A stretch of DNA of 64,000 nt from Eledone cirrhosa (taxonomy: Eukaryota): NCBI GenBank assembly GCA_964016885.1, contig OZ024755.1:33852001-33916000 (forward strand), read 5' to 3'. The notes under the pieces were generated by a model. That model saw nothing but the letters and a program-made list of their open reading frames with translations, made no database searches and was not told the origin of the DNA. Position numbers and translations under genes: made by a program. Within the stretch, counting starts at the first letter, position 1. Each line of letters starts with the position of its first letter. Of this stretch, positions 48,866 to 61,526 are shown one piece after another.

Positions 48866-49604
48866 TATATATATTTGAAAAGAGAATTAATATATATATT
48901 TGAAAAGGCAAGTAAGGTTCTATACAAAACAGTGGTTATAGAGAGAAGGTGAAATTGGAAATAGCACTGAAAATATATTTTAGGGTCTGTTTTTATTATT
49001 TTTTTCCTTTCTTTGATATGTCAGAGTGACATTATTGAAAAAATGAGAGGGACAATTCTTTAAAAAAAATAGTTTCATAATGTATATAAAGTATTACCAG
49101 TTTCGACATATTAGTAAAATTCATCTTGTCAAATGTTGAGTATTACAATTAAAAAGAATAAGTATTAAAAGCTAAAAATGAAAGCTTTAAAATTAAGTGT
49201 TGAGGTAAGTTTTTTTCATCTTCCTTGTTGAGAAGGAGACTGGAAAATGAACTTTTGTGTATAGAGAGGTGGTAGTAGCAGCAGCAGTGTTGGTAGTTGT
49301 GTTTCTTCACAGAATACAATTGTTTTTAGGGACAAAGGAAATATTCTGTAAAAATGTGTGTATCTCAATTGTATTAGTGGACTGGTCAAGAGTTCAGATG
49401 GGAGTGGTGAAGAGGGTGGGATTGTAAGCTAGAGACAAATTCTATGGGATTGGCAACAGTAGGGTTGTAAAAGAAATTCTATATTTGAGATATGGTTTTA
49501 GAGAGTGTGAGTGTGCACGTGTGAGAGTGTATATATAAAATGTTGCACACACACACGTGTGTAAGTGTGTGTGGTCAAAATAGTAGCCATTAAATTACAC
49601 CCTA

Positions 49605-49795
49605 AGGGACTGGATTAGCAGTATCGGTAGAGGGTCGGACACCCTGCTTTGCAGCATAGAGTTACGGCCTTTTATGGTCTGAGTTCAAATCCCGTCAAGG
49701 TTAACTTTGCCTTTCATCTTTAAGGGGTTGATGAAATAAAGTACCAGTAATGCACTAGGGTAATTGCTGGCCTTGTGCCAGAGATAAAAACAATC
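49605..49795 (+). mobile_element. SINE A
   Basis: TSD AAATTACACCCTA / AAATTACATCCTA. Confidence 0.85.
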
Positions 49796-49989
49796 AAATT
49801 ACATCCTATCTTTCAAAATAAAATATACATTAGTTAATGTTTTCCTATATACATTATGTCCGAAAATTCTTGAACTTAATACATTTAATCATAAGTCTAT
49901 TGGATGAAGCATGGCCTTAGATTAAACAACAGTATGATGAACACTTAATAAAATCCTTGAAAAAAGACTAAATGGACTCCTAAGACACG

Positions 49990-50285
49990 CTTTCTACATA
50001 TCTTGGCAACAGAGAATCACAAATGGGAAACTCTATCTGGATAGTCTAAGAAGGATGTGTTTTGTGGGACATTGTTACAGGGAAAAATACAAGTGTGTCA
50101 GCCATGTTGTTTTATGGAAGCCTGCACACGGTCATAGAAGTAGAAGTTGTCCGGCAACAATGTATCTGGATATGGTATATGCTGACACGGGAGGAAATTT
50201 AACGGATCTTAGAGTGATAATACTAGATCGAAACAAATGGAAAGATTACTGTTTATTAGATCAAGGAAACTCAACTCATGACTGA
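49990..50285 (+). pseudogene. decayed RTE C-terminal fragment
   Basis: RRMCFVGHCYR...VLWKPAHGHRSRSCPATMYLD resembles the 30780 ORF. Confidence 0.65.
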
Positions 50286-50289
50286 GTGA

Positions 50290-50475
50290 TAATCGTTTCT
50301 ACTTTTGGCACAAGGCCAGCAATTACCCCAGTGCATTACTGGTACTTTATTTTATCGACCCAGTAAGGATGAAAGACAAAGTTAACCTCAGTGGGATTTG
50401 AACTCAGATCGTAAAGGGCTGTAACTCTATGCTGCAAAGCATAGTGTCTGACCATCTACCGATACTTACAATCCA
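50290..50475 (-). mobile_element. SINE A
   Basis: Reverse-complement family A body. Confidence 0.85.
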
Positions 50476-50552
50476 GAGAAACTGCTGCTTGCACTACCTG
50501 TTCAGTAATGTTCTTCCTTTTAACAAACTTTTCTACTTTCAATAAAATTTAT

Positions 50553-51265
50553 GTAAAGTGGACGTGCAAACGACACGGCAAAAAGCACCCAGCCCACACT
50601 GTAAAGTGGAGGTGTAAAAGACATGGCAAAAAGCACTCAGGCCACATTGTAAAGTGGAGGTGTAAAAGACATGGCAAAAAGCACCCAGCACACTGTAAAG
50701 TGGAGGTGTAAAAGACATGGCAAAAAGCACCCAGCACACTGTAAAGTGGAGGTGTAAAAGACATGGCAAAAAGCACCCAGCACACACTGTAAAGTGGAGG
50801 TGTAAAAGACATGGCAAAAAGCACCCAGCCCACACTGTAAAGTGGAGGTGTAAAAGACACGGCAAAAAGCACCCAGCCCACACTGTAAAGTGGAGGTGTA
50901 AAAGACACGGCAAAAAGCACCCAGCCCACACTGTAAAGTGGAGGTGTAAAAGACACGGCAAAAAGCACCCAGCACACACTGTAAAGTGGAGGTGTAAACG
51001 ACATGGCAAAAAGCACCCAGCACACACTGTAAAGTGGACGACACTGTAAAGTGGACGTGTAAAAGACATAGCAAAAAGCACCCAGCACTCACTGTCAATG
51101 TTGTTGGCGTTAGGAAGGGCATCCAGCCATAGAAAACCATCCAGATATTCAGAAACACTCCTATATGAGCAAGACATGCTCACTCAACACAACTTGCCTC
51201 AAAATAGGACCCGTTTAACCCATGCTAGCATGGAAGATGGACATTAATTGATGATGATGATGATG
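50553..51265 (+). repeat. 46-48-bp module repeated about 11 times, followed by a SINE/LINE 3' tail
   Basis: Unit cactgtaaagtggaggtgtaaaagacacggcaaaaagcacccagccca, then gttaggaagggcatcc...(GAT)n. Confidence 0.9.
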
Positions 51266-51460
51266 CATATCCTGAATATTTTTATGGCAAGAGCCACAAT
51301 AAAGATGGGATTCCTAAGAGACCTATTGAATTTCAGTAGAAATTTCAATAGAAATGAATGTGATAAACATAAACATGATGTAATTTCATGTCTATAATAC
51401 TGAAGGTTTGAGTTGTTCCTGAGCATTTGACTGGTAATCGGTGTCCCATATGTTTACATA

Positions 51461-52048
51461 AGCTGGGTTCTAGAATAATATACAGTATTTAGACACATCA
51501 TTGTTTTCCTCTTCCCCTGAAAGTCTGAGATTTCTAGATTATATGATGTATCATATATTAATTTACCTTGCATATTTGCTACCTTATTTTATTCTATGGA
51601 GACACAAAGCTGGGTTCTAGAATAATATACAGTATTTAGACACATCATTGTTTTCCTCTTCCTCTGAAAGTCTGAGATTTCTAGATTATATGATGTATCA
51701 TATATTAATTTACCTTGCATATTTGCTACCTTATTTTATTCTATGGAGACACAAAGCTGGGTTCTAGAATAATATACAGTATTTAGATACATCATTGTTT
51801 TCCTCTTCCTCTGAAAGTCTGAGATTTCTAGATTATATGATGTATCATATATTAATTTACCTTGCATATTTGCTACCTTATTTTATTCTATGGAGACACA
51901 AAGCTGGGTTCTAGAATAATATACAGTATTTAGACACATCATTGTTTTCCTCTTCCTCTGAAAGTCTGAGATTTCTAGATTATATGATGTATCATATATT
52001 AATTTACCTTGCATATTTGCTACCTTATTTTACTCTATGGAGACACAA
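51461..52048. repeat. 147-bp tandem repeat, four copies
   Basis: agctgggttctag starts at 51461, 51608, 51755 and 51902; near-identical copies. Confidence 0.95.
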
Positions 52049-52351
52049 TGAGAGTTATAAGGAAAGATGAAGGCATTTTACTATCGACCACAGTGTCATA
52101 AAGGTTAAATCATACAAATAATACTGTGTTCTGACCTTAAACAAAGCATATAACACTACTGACTCTAGTTTATCTCACTGAACAAAACACAGATTTCATT
52201 CTTGTTTCATGGCTGCAGTAGTAATGGAAATGTCATCTTATTTTAAAAACAAATAAGACATCCCTTCTCCCCAAGAATAGATGTAAAGTTGGAGACACAA
52301 AATTGTTATATTATTTTGTAAGTGTGCACACACACACACGCACACATATTA

Positions 52352-52575
52352 GTGAAGGCGCGAGGCTGAAGGCTAAGAGAATTGGATTCACTATCGTGAG
52401 GTTGTGAGTTTGATTCCTGGGCCGGGCTATGCGTTATGTCCTTGAGCAAGACACTTTATTTTATGTTGCTCCTTCTACCTGGAGTGGAGTTGTGACAGAT
52501 AGATAGTATTAGCAATTAGAAAGACCAATGGAAACATTGTTTCCTCGGTCCGATTTGACAAAAGTCAGTTGACTG
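52352..52575 (+). mobile_element. CORE-type SINE (31320 subfamily)
   Basis: Reverse complement of 31320-31539. Confidence 0.8.
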
Positions 52576-52576
52576 T

Positions 52577-52638
<62 letters not shown>

Positions 52639-52964
52639 GTATGTGTTATATCAAACACTAATAATAATATTCGATTCGTTTGTAAATGTAAACAAAAGGC
52701 CTGATTGAAGCTGTGTCGTGCTGATGACAAATCGTCATCCGTTTGTTCAACACTGGCATTGCGGAACAATCAACATGTTTCTGGGTCAGTACCCTTCATC
52801 ATCATCATCATTATATTATTTTATTATGGTAATATGATAACATTTATATCAGGTTTTACTATATTTCTTACATTGGTAACATATTAGTTGAAAATAAAAT
52901 AAAAACTGAAGAAAGCAAAGTAGTAAGAATCAGCAAAAAGCTGCGTTGTTTTGTCTTAATGCCT

Positions 52965-53215
52965 CAGTTGTTGGATGTACAAAATACACTCTTGCAAAAT
53001 GGGGATATTTAAAGGATGGGGAGATTGTGTGTGACTGCGGCATCGAACCACAAACTACGCAGCACCTCCTGATATGCCACCTGCTGGAAAACCCCTGCAC
53101 AGTATTGGACTTGGCAGAGTTTAATGAGAAAGGACAGCAATGTGTTCAGTTGTGGCAGAACCACATCTGGCCAAGCTTTGTAACTGACACTCTTGTGGAC
53201 ACGACAAGAAGAAGT
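52965..53215 (+). pseudogene. LINE C-terminal zinc-knuckle fragment (Vingi/I-group-like)
   Basis: KWGY...CDCGIEPQTTQHLLICH motif; ends ggacacgacaagaagaag. Confidence 0.65.
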
Positions 53216-53259
53216 TGTTGAATATATACTGAGAATTACTGTTTATGCTTTCTATGCCC

Positions 53260-53840
53260 TTTAAAGTCTGAGTTCAAATCCTGCCGAGGTTAACTTTGCC
53301 TTTCATCCTTACGGGGTCGATAAAATAAAGTACCAGTAATGTACTGGTATAATTTCTGGCCTTGTGCGAAATGTAGAAACACTTATTATAAGAGCTTTGG
53401 GCATGCTACCACTGTTGCAATTAATAAATGATATAATAGTTTCTACTTTTGGCACAAGGCCAACAATTACCCCAGTACATTACTGGTACTTTATTCTATC
53501 GAACCCTGTAAGGATGAAATGCAAAGTTAACCTCGGCAGGATTTCGAAAGGTTGTGAGTTCAATTCTCAGACCGGATGATGTGTTGTTTCCTTAAGCAAG
53601 ACACTTTATTTCACATTGCTCCAGTTTACTCAGCTGTAGAAATGAGATGATAGGGACTGGGGTCCCTATCATTCCACTGTAAAGTGGTCGTGCAGGTGCC
53701 ACGGCAAAAAAGCACCCAGCACTCACTGTAAATGAGGTTGGTGTTAGGAAGGGCATCCAGCTGTAGAAATCAAGCCAGAATCAGTTCCCGTCCCACCCTT
53801 GCAAGTAGGGAAAAAGCGGACGTAAAATGAAATGATGATG
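53260..53840. mobile_element. SINE cluster: A (+) 53260-53390, A (-) 53435-53545, B (+) 53545-53840
   Basis: Family motifs; A(-) and B(+) are fused head-to-head. Confidence 0.85.
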
Positions 53841-54069
53841 ACACATATATATATATATATACATATACACCTATATATATACACACACAAATAAATATAC
53901 ACATACACATAAATATAAACACACACACAAACACTGACACACACATACATATATATATTAGGAACTATGATGTTTAATCAATAAAAGTTCATTGCGTTCA
54001 ACTCCTGTGGCAGCAAAAATAGCAAAAGAAAAAAAAAACATAATACAGTTACAAAAAGATAAATGAACA

Positions 54070-55750
54070 AATACCTAACTAAATAAATAAATAAATATAA
54101 CTAAATAAATAAATATAACTAAATAAATAAATAACTAAATAAATATATATAACTAAAAAAATAAATAACTAAATAAATATATAACTAAATAAATAAATAA
54201 CTAAATAAATATATATAACTAAAAAAATAAATAACTAAATAAATATATAACTAAAAAAATAAATAACTAAATAAATAAATAACTAAATATATAACGAAAT
54301 AAATAACTAAATAAATATATAACTAAATAAATAAATAACTAAATAAATATATAACTAAATAAATAAATAACTAAATAAATATATATAACTAAAAAAATAA
54401 ATAACTAAATAAATATATAACTAAACAAATAAATAACTAAATAAATAAATAACTAAATATATAACTAAATAAATAAATATATAACGAAATAAATAACTAA
54501 ATAAATATATAACTAAATAAATAAATAACTAAATAAATATATAACTAAATAAATAAATAAATAAATAAATATATATAACTAAATAAATAAATAACTAAAT
54601 AAATATATAACTAAATAAATAAATAACTAAATAAATATATATAACTAAAAAAATAAATAACTAAATAAATATATAACTAAATAAATAACTAAATAAATAA
54701 ATATATAACGAAATAAATAACTAAATAAATAAATAACTCAATAAATATATAACTAAATAAATAAATAAATAAATACATAACTAAATATATAACTAAATAA
54801 ATAAATACCTAAATAAATATATAACTAAATAAATATATAACTAAATAAATATATAACTAATTAAATAAATAAATATATCAATATATAACTAAATAAGTAA
54901 ATATATAACTAAATAAATATATAACTAAATAAATATATAACTAAATAAATATATAACTACATAAATAAATAAATAAATAAATATGTAAGTAAATAAATAT
55001 ATAACTAAATAAATAAATAACTAAACATATAACTAAATAAATAAATAACTAAATAAATATATAACTAAATAAATATATAACTAAATTAATAAATAACTAA
55101 ATAAATATATATATAACTAAAAAATAAATAACTAAATAAATATATAACTAAATAAATAAATAACTAAATAAATATATAACTAAATAAATATATATAACTA
55201 AATAAATAAATAACTAAATAAATATAACTAAATAAATATATAACTAAATAAATAAATAAATATATAACTAAATAAATATATAACTAATTAAATAAATAAA
55301 TAAATAAATATATAACTAAATAAATAAATAAAAAAATATATAACTAAATAAATATATAACTAATTAAATAAATGAATAAATAAACATATAACTAAATAAC
55401 TAAATAAATATATAACTAAATAAATAAATATATAACTAAATAAATATATAACTAAATAAATACATAACTAAATAAATACATAACTAAATAAATATATAAC
55501 TAAATAAATACATAACTAAATAAATATATAACTAAATAAATAAATGACTAAATAAATATATATAACTAAATAAATATATAACTAAATAAATATATAACTA
55601 AATAACTAAATAAATATATAACTAAATAAATATATAACTAAATAAATAAATATATAACTAAATAAATATGTAACTAAATAAATATATAACTAAATAAATA
55701 AATATATAACTAAATAAATAACTAAATAAATATATAACTAAATAAATAAA
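54070..55750. repeat. AT-rich satellite (TAAATAAATATATAAC-like)n, about 1.7 kb
   Basis: Built from TAAA, TATA and TAAC modules; almost no G on the + strand. Confidence 0.95.
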
Positions 55751-55974
55751 GAAATGAAAGAAAGAAAGAAAAAGAGGGAGGAAGAAAGAAAGCAGAAATG
55801 AGAGAAGAAGAGGTTGGATGTGTGTATTATATGAGCAGAGATTCTCAGCAAAACACCATTTAATGGTAAAGATATGAAGAATAATGATGTGGAAATCTCA
55901 ACAAGTAGAAATATTATCTGAAGAATGGAGAAGTCTTTTAGAGCGGTGGATAACCAATGGGAAAATCAATTCAT

Positions 55975-57415
55975 ACATACATATATAGATAGGCACTCAC
56001 ATACACAGATGTATAGAGACATATACAGACACATACACAGATGTATAGAGACATATACAGACACATGCACAGATGTATAGAGACATATACAGACACATAC
56101 ACAGATGTATAGAGACATACAGACACATGCACAGACATGTACAGACACACACTCACATACACATACAGACACATGCACAGACATGTACAGACACACACTC
56201 ACATACACATACAGACACATACACAGACACACATACTCACATACACACACACATACATACACATACACACATTCACACACACACTCACATACACAGACAC
56301 ACATTCACATTTCTACATACACACAAACACATACGTATACAGACACACACACATACATTCACTCACAGACACATTCACACACACATACAGATTTCTACAT
56401 ACAGATTTCTACATACACACACACGTACATTCACACACACACAGGTTTCTACATACACCTACACATTCACATACACACACATGCTTCTACATACAGAGGC
56501 ACACTCACACAGATACACACACATGCTTTTATATACAGACACACTCACACACAGGTTTCTATACACAGACACACACATATATTCACAGACACTCACTCAC
56601 ATACAGACATACATACACACATACAGACATACAGACACTCACACACACGTCTACATACAGACACACACTCACACACACACACACATACACACTCACACAA
56701 ACATGTTTCTCCATACATACACACACACACACACTCACACACGTTTCTCCATACAGACACTCACACTCACACACACACACTCACACAAACACATGTTTCT
56801 CCATACAGACACACACATACACACATACATACACACTCACACACACACACACGTTTCTCCATACAGACACACACACACACACACTCACACACACGTTTCA
56901 CATACAGACACACACATACACACACACATACACACTCACACACACATGTTTCTCCATACAGACACGCACACACTCACACATACATGTTTCTCCATACAGA
57001 CACACACATACACACACACATACACACTCACACACACGTTTCTCCATACAGACACTCACACATACATGTTTCTCCATACATACACACACACTCCCACACA
57101 CACTCACACTCACGTTTCTCCATACAGACACACACACACTCCCCCACACACACTCACACTCACGTTTCTCCATACAGACACTCACACTCACGTTTCTCCA
57201 TACAGACACACACTCCCACACACTCACACTCACGTTTCTCCATACAGACACACACACACTCACACTCACGTTTCTCCATACATACACACACACTCCCACA
57301 CACACTCACATTCACGTTTCTCCATACAGACACACACACACTCCCACACACACACTCACACTTCTCCATACAGACACACACACTCCCCCACGCACACTTA
57401 CACTCACACACACAT
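55975..57415. repeat. CA-rich complex minisatellite with recurring gtttctccatacagac
   Basis: All three + frames stay open for 440+ aa because the strand lacks stops; artefact. Confidence 0.95.
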
Positions 57416-57798
57416 GTGAATTTTTAAATAAGCAATACATTTTATATAAGAATATATAAAATTTGAAGGGATTTGGCAACTGTTTCTAGTAGATCAAGCA
57501 AATGTTTACTCATTCATTGGAATGCCACCAGTAAATATTGTATAAGTAGTCTGAATGGTTAAGAAGTTCCCTTTGTAACAACTAGGTCCTGGGTTCAACC
57601 CTACTATGTAGTATCTTGGGCAAGTGTCATATACCCTAGGTTTGGATTGATCCATGACATATGAGTGAAATTTGGTAGACAGAAACCACTTTGAAGCCCA
57701 TCAGATGGACCATATCTGCAATTTAAAAGGCCAACGTTGTCATACATTGTGCCACACTAAATTTCCCTGAGACTTACATTCACGTACATGTATCTGTG

Positions 57799-58412
57799 CA
57801 TTGCCAGATTTACCATTGTGCCTAGGTGTGCACAGGGCCCCCTTGGGCAAGGAAGGGGCATCTTCCTGCCTATAAAGGTTTTTATGATGAATCTTTTTAC
57901 AAGTAACGGGCCTCATAATTTAACTTGCAAAAGGTCCTCATAACTTAACTAGCACAGGGCTTCATAACTTAACTAGCAAATGTACTCATAACTTAACTAG
58001 CACAGGGCTTCATAACTTAACTAGCACAGGGCCTCATAACTTAACTAGCACAGGGGCTCATAACTTAACTACCACAGAGCCTCATAACTTAACTACCACA
58101 GAGCCTCATAACTTAACCAGCACAGGGCCTCATAACTTAACTAGCACAGAGCATCATAGCTTAACTAGCAAATGTACTCATAACTTAACTAGCACAGGGC
58201 CTCATAACTTAACTAGCACAGAGCCTCATAGCTTAACTAGCAAATGTACTCATAACTTAACTAGCACAGGGCCTCATAACTTAACTAGCACAGAGCCTCA
58301 TAGCTTAACTAGCAAATGTACTCATAACTTAACTAGCACAGGGCCTCATAACTTAACTAGCACAGGGCCTCATAACTAGCACAAGGCCTCATTTGTCCTA
58401 AATCCAGCACTG
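57799..58412. mobile_element. hAT (Tip100-like) MITE with internal 24-bp minisatellite
   Basis: TIRs CATTGCCAGATTTA / TAAATCCAGCACTG; 8-bp TSD TATCTGTG / TGTCTGTG; about 20 units of ctcataacttaactagcacagggc. Confidence 0.75.
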
Positions 58413-58554
58413 TGTCTGTGAAATGATCAGTCACATAGACTTTAATTTCATAAGCAAGTTGTTCTGTTAATTAAAAAACTGGAACTGACAGAGGCTGATT
58501 CCTTCAGAGACAAGATTTGATGTTTGTCTTTATTTGTGTTTGTCTTTATTTGTG

Positions 58555-58765
58555 TATGTATGTATAATTAGAATATATTTCTTGGGTGTAGATATGTGTA
58601 TGTATAATTAGAATATATTTCTTGGGTGTAGATATGTGTATGTATAATTAGAATATATTTCTTGGGTGTAGATATCTGTATATATAATTAGAATATATTA
58701 CTTGGGTGTAGATATGTGAATGTATAATTAGAATATATTTCTTGGGTGTAGATATGTGTATGTAT
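58555..58765. repeat. 40-bp tandem repeat, five copies
   Basis: tgtataattagaatatatttcttgggtgtagatatgtgta. Confidence 0.95.
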
Positions 58766-58829
58766 GTTTAATTAGAACATATTTTGGTAATAAATATGAG
58801 TATATATGTGATTAGAAAATATTCTGTGT

Positions 58830-58945
58830 GTAAGTGTATGTACCTATATATGTATGTATGTATGTGTGTATGTATGTGTGTGTATATGTATATGTATATG
58901 TATGTATGAATGTATATATGTATAGTGTGTGTATACATATGTATG

Positions 58946-58984
<39 letters not shown>

Positions 58985-59210
58985 ATGTATGTATGTATGT
59001 ATGTATGTATGTATGTATGTATGTATGTATGTATGTATGTATGTGTGTATGTATGTATGTGTGTGTGTATGTATGTATGTGTGTATGCATGTGTATGTAT
59101 GAATGTATATATCTATATGTGTGTGTATGTATGTATATGTGTATGTGTGTATATGTATGTATGTATATATGGACGTATGTGTGTGTGTATGTATATATGT
59201 ATGTATGCAT
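58830..59210. repeat. (TATG)n/(TG)n microsatellite
   Basis: Low complexity. Confidence 0.95.
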
Positions 59211-59334
59211 GATTAGAATATATTCCATGATTGTGATATGTGTGAACGTATGTGAGATCAAAAAAATATATTTTGTGATTGTATATATTTGTGTATATGT
59301 GACCGTGTGTATATATGTCTAAGTCTAAAGTCTG

Positions 59335-59904
59335 CCTTAAGCCAGAAGCCTCATTTGTCTGGTGCTTATCCCAGTTTCATGGTGTGAAGTGACTGAGAGT
59401 ACAAGACTTCCCCTGGACAGGACGCCAGTCCATTGCAGGGTTAAACCTCCAATTATTACTGGTGCTTATCCCAGTTTCATGGCGTGAAGCGACTGAGAGC
59501 ACAAGACTTCCCCCTGGACAGGACGCCAGTCCATTGCAGGGTTAAACCTCCAAGTATTACTGGTGCTTATCCCAGTTTTATGGCGTGAAGCGACTGAGAG
59601 TACAAGACTCCCCCCTGGACAGGACACCAGTCTATAGTAGGGTTAAACCTCCAACTATTACTGGTGCTTATCCCAGTTTCATGGCGTGAAGTGGCTGAGG
59701 GTACAAGACTTCCCCCCTGGACAGGACGCCAGTCCATCGCAGGGTTAAACCTCCACCTATTACTGGTACTCATTTCCAGCTGAGTATACTGGAGCAACGT
59801 GAAATGAAGTGTTTTGCTTGAGAACACAACACACAACCTAGGAATCGAACCCATGACATTATGATCGTAAGTCCAACACCCTTACCACTAGGCCACGTGC
59901 CTCC
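59335..59904 (-). mobile_element. tRNA/CORE-type SINE with its 3' module repeated four times (about 101 bp)
   Basis: Head ggaggcacgtggcctagtgg...ggttcgattcc; repeat starts at 59359, 59459, 59560 and 59661. Confidence 0.85.
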
Positions 59905-59906
59905 AC

Positions 59907-59907
<1 letters not shown>

Positions 59908-59980
<73 letters not shown>

Positions 59981-60540
59981 GTATATATCTATAGAAAGTT
60001 TCGACTATGTGTGGTTAGAGAATATTTTGATATTTGTTACCAAGGTGTATTTTAAACCTGTGTGTGTGTATGTGTATGTATGTGTGTCTGTATATGTTTG
60101 TGTGTGTATGTGTATGTCTGTGTGTGTATATGTATGCGTGTGTCTGTGTATGTGTGTGTCTGTATATGTTTGTGTGTGTATGTGTATATGTGTGTGTATA
60201 TATGTGTGTATATGTGTGTGTGTATGTGTGTGTGTGTACATGCGTGCGTATATCTGGGTGTATATATATGTGTGTGTGTGTCTGTGTGAATGTGTGTGTA
60301 TGTGTGTTAGAGGTGTGTGTATGTGTGTCAGATGTGTGTGTATGTGTATTAGAGGTGTGTGTATGTGTATTAGATGTGTGTGTATGTGTGTTAGATGTGT
60401 ATGTGTGTGTGTTAGATGTGTGTGTGTATGTGTGTTAGATGTTTGTCAGATGTGTCTCAAATGTGTGTTAGAGGTGTGTCAGATGTGTGTTAGATGTGTG
60501 TATGTGTGTTAGATGTGTGTCAGTTGCGTGTGTATGTGTG
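59908..60540. repeat. (TA)n and (TG)n-rich microsatellites
   Basis: Low complexity. Confidence 0.9.
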
Positions 60541-60926
60541 AGGTTATTGCATCTTCTCTGTCAGTGTCTGTTGGCATCAAGTTACTCCGTTAGGCAGAAT
60601 GGCCATTATCATAAGGAGGAAATAACTAAGTAAGTTGACCCTCAGTATATATAATAAGAGAATCATCAATAGAAACGTGCAAGAAGGGAAACATGGAGGG
60701 CTGCGAATGGTGTGAAGCTTTCCAACAATAAATACACAAATCTATCCAACAATTACTGACTATTCTTTCTTTAGTTTCCGCAAAATGTTTCGCTTACACA
60801 CTCGCACATGCACACACACATATGCACACACACACACACACACACATATGCACACGGACATGCACACAAATATATATAGTCATCATCATCAGTTAATGTC
60901 TGTTTTCCCCGCTAGCAAGGTATATG

Positions 60927-60974
<48 letters not shown>

Positions 60975-60976
<2 letters not shown>

Positions 60977-61260
60977 TAGAACAACATCCAGTCCAAACTA
61001 AACAGGTCATGTAGGTGTCACAACAAAAACAAGCTCCCAGTCCATACTGTAAAGTGGTCGTATAGGAGACATGGTAAAAAGGCTCCCAGTCCACACTGTA
61101 AATGTAGTTGGTGTTAGGAAGGGCATCCAACAATAGAAAACCTGCCAGAGACAGTCCTATATGAGTGAGACACGGTCACCCAATCAATCTTGCCTCAAGT
61201 GGGACAATTCCCGTCTAACCCATGCTAGTGTGGAAGATGGACGTTAAAAGATGATGATGA
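60975..61260 (+). mobile_element. RTE 3' UTR-derived fragment
   Basis: Matches 15785-16076; (GAT)n tail. Confidence 0.75.
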
Positions 61261-61526
61261 TATATATATATTGTGCTCATAATTTGTCATTAATAATATA
61301 CTGGTTGAATGCCCTTTCTATCACCAACACCACTTTACAGCATGGAGTGGGTGCTTTTATTTATGCCACCAGCACTAGAGATGTTGTCGTACTGTACTCA
61401 GGAGCCCTCTCCACCACATACTTTAGCATGGTTTTTAATGGCTGAATGCCACTCCCATTACCTCCATTTTACAGCATGGACTGTGTGATTTTATTTGTGC
61501 CACCAGCACTATATATATATATATAT

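Noticed and set aside
56073-57459. 440-448 aa ORFs in three frames (also 43588-44586, 47537-48436, 9508-10245, 29098-29526)
   Set aside because: Simple-repeat strands lacking stop codons; composition is H/T/Y/I, S/L or M/V only.
57910-58390. CRISPR-like appearance of short repeats (also 12826, 42068, 50553)
   Set aside because: Units are directly tandem with no unique spacers, there are no cas genes, and the context is eukaryotic.
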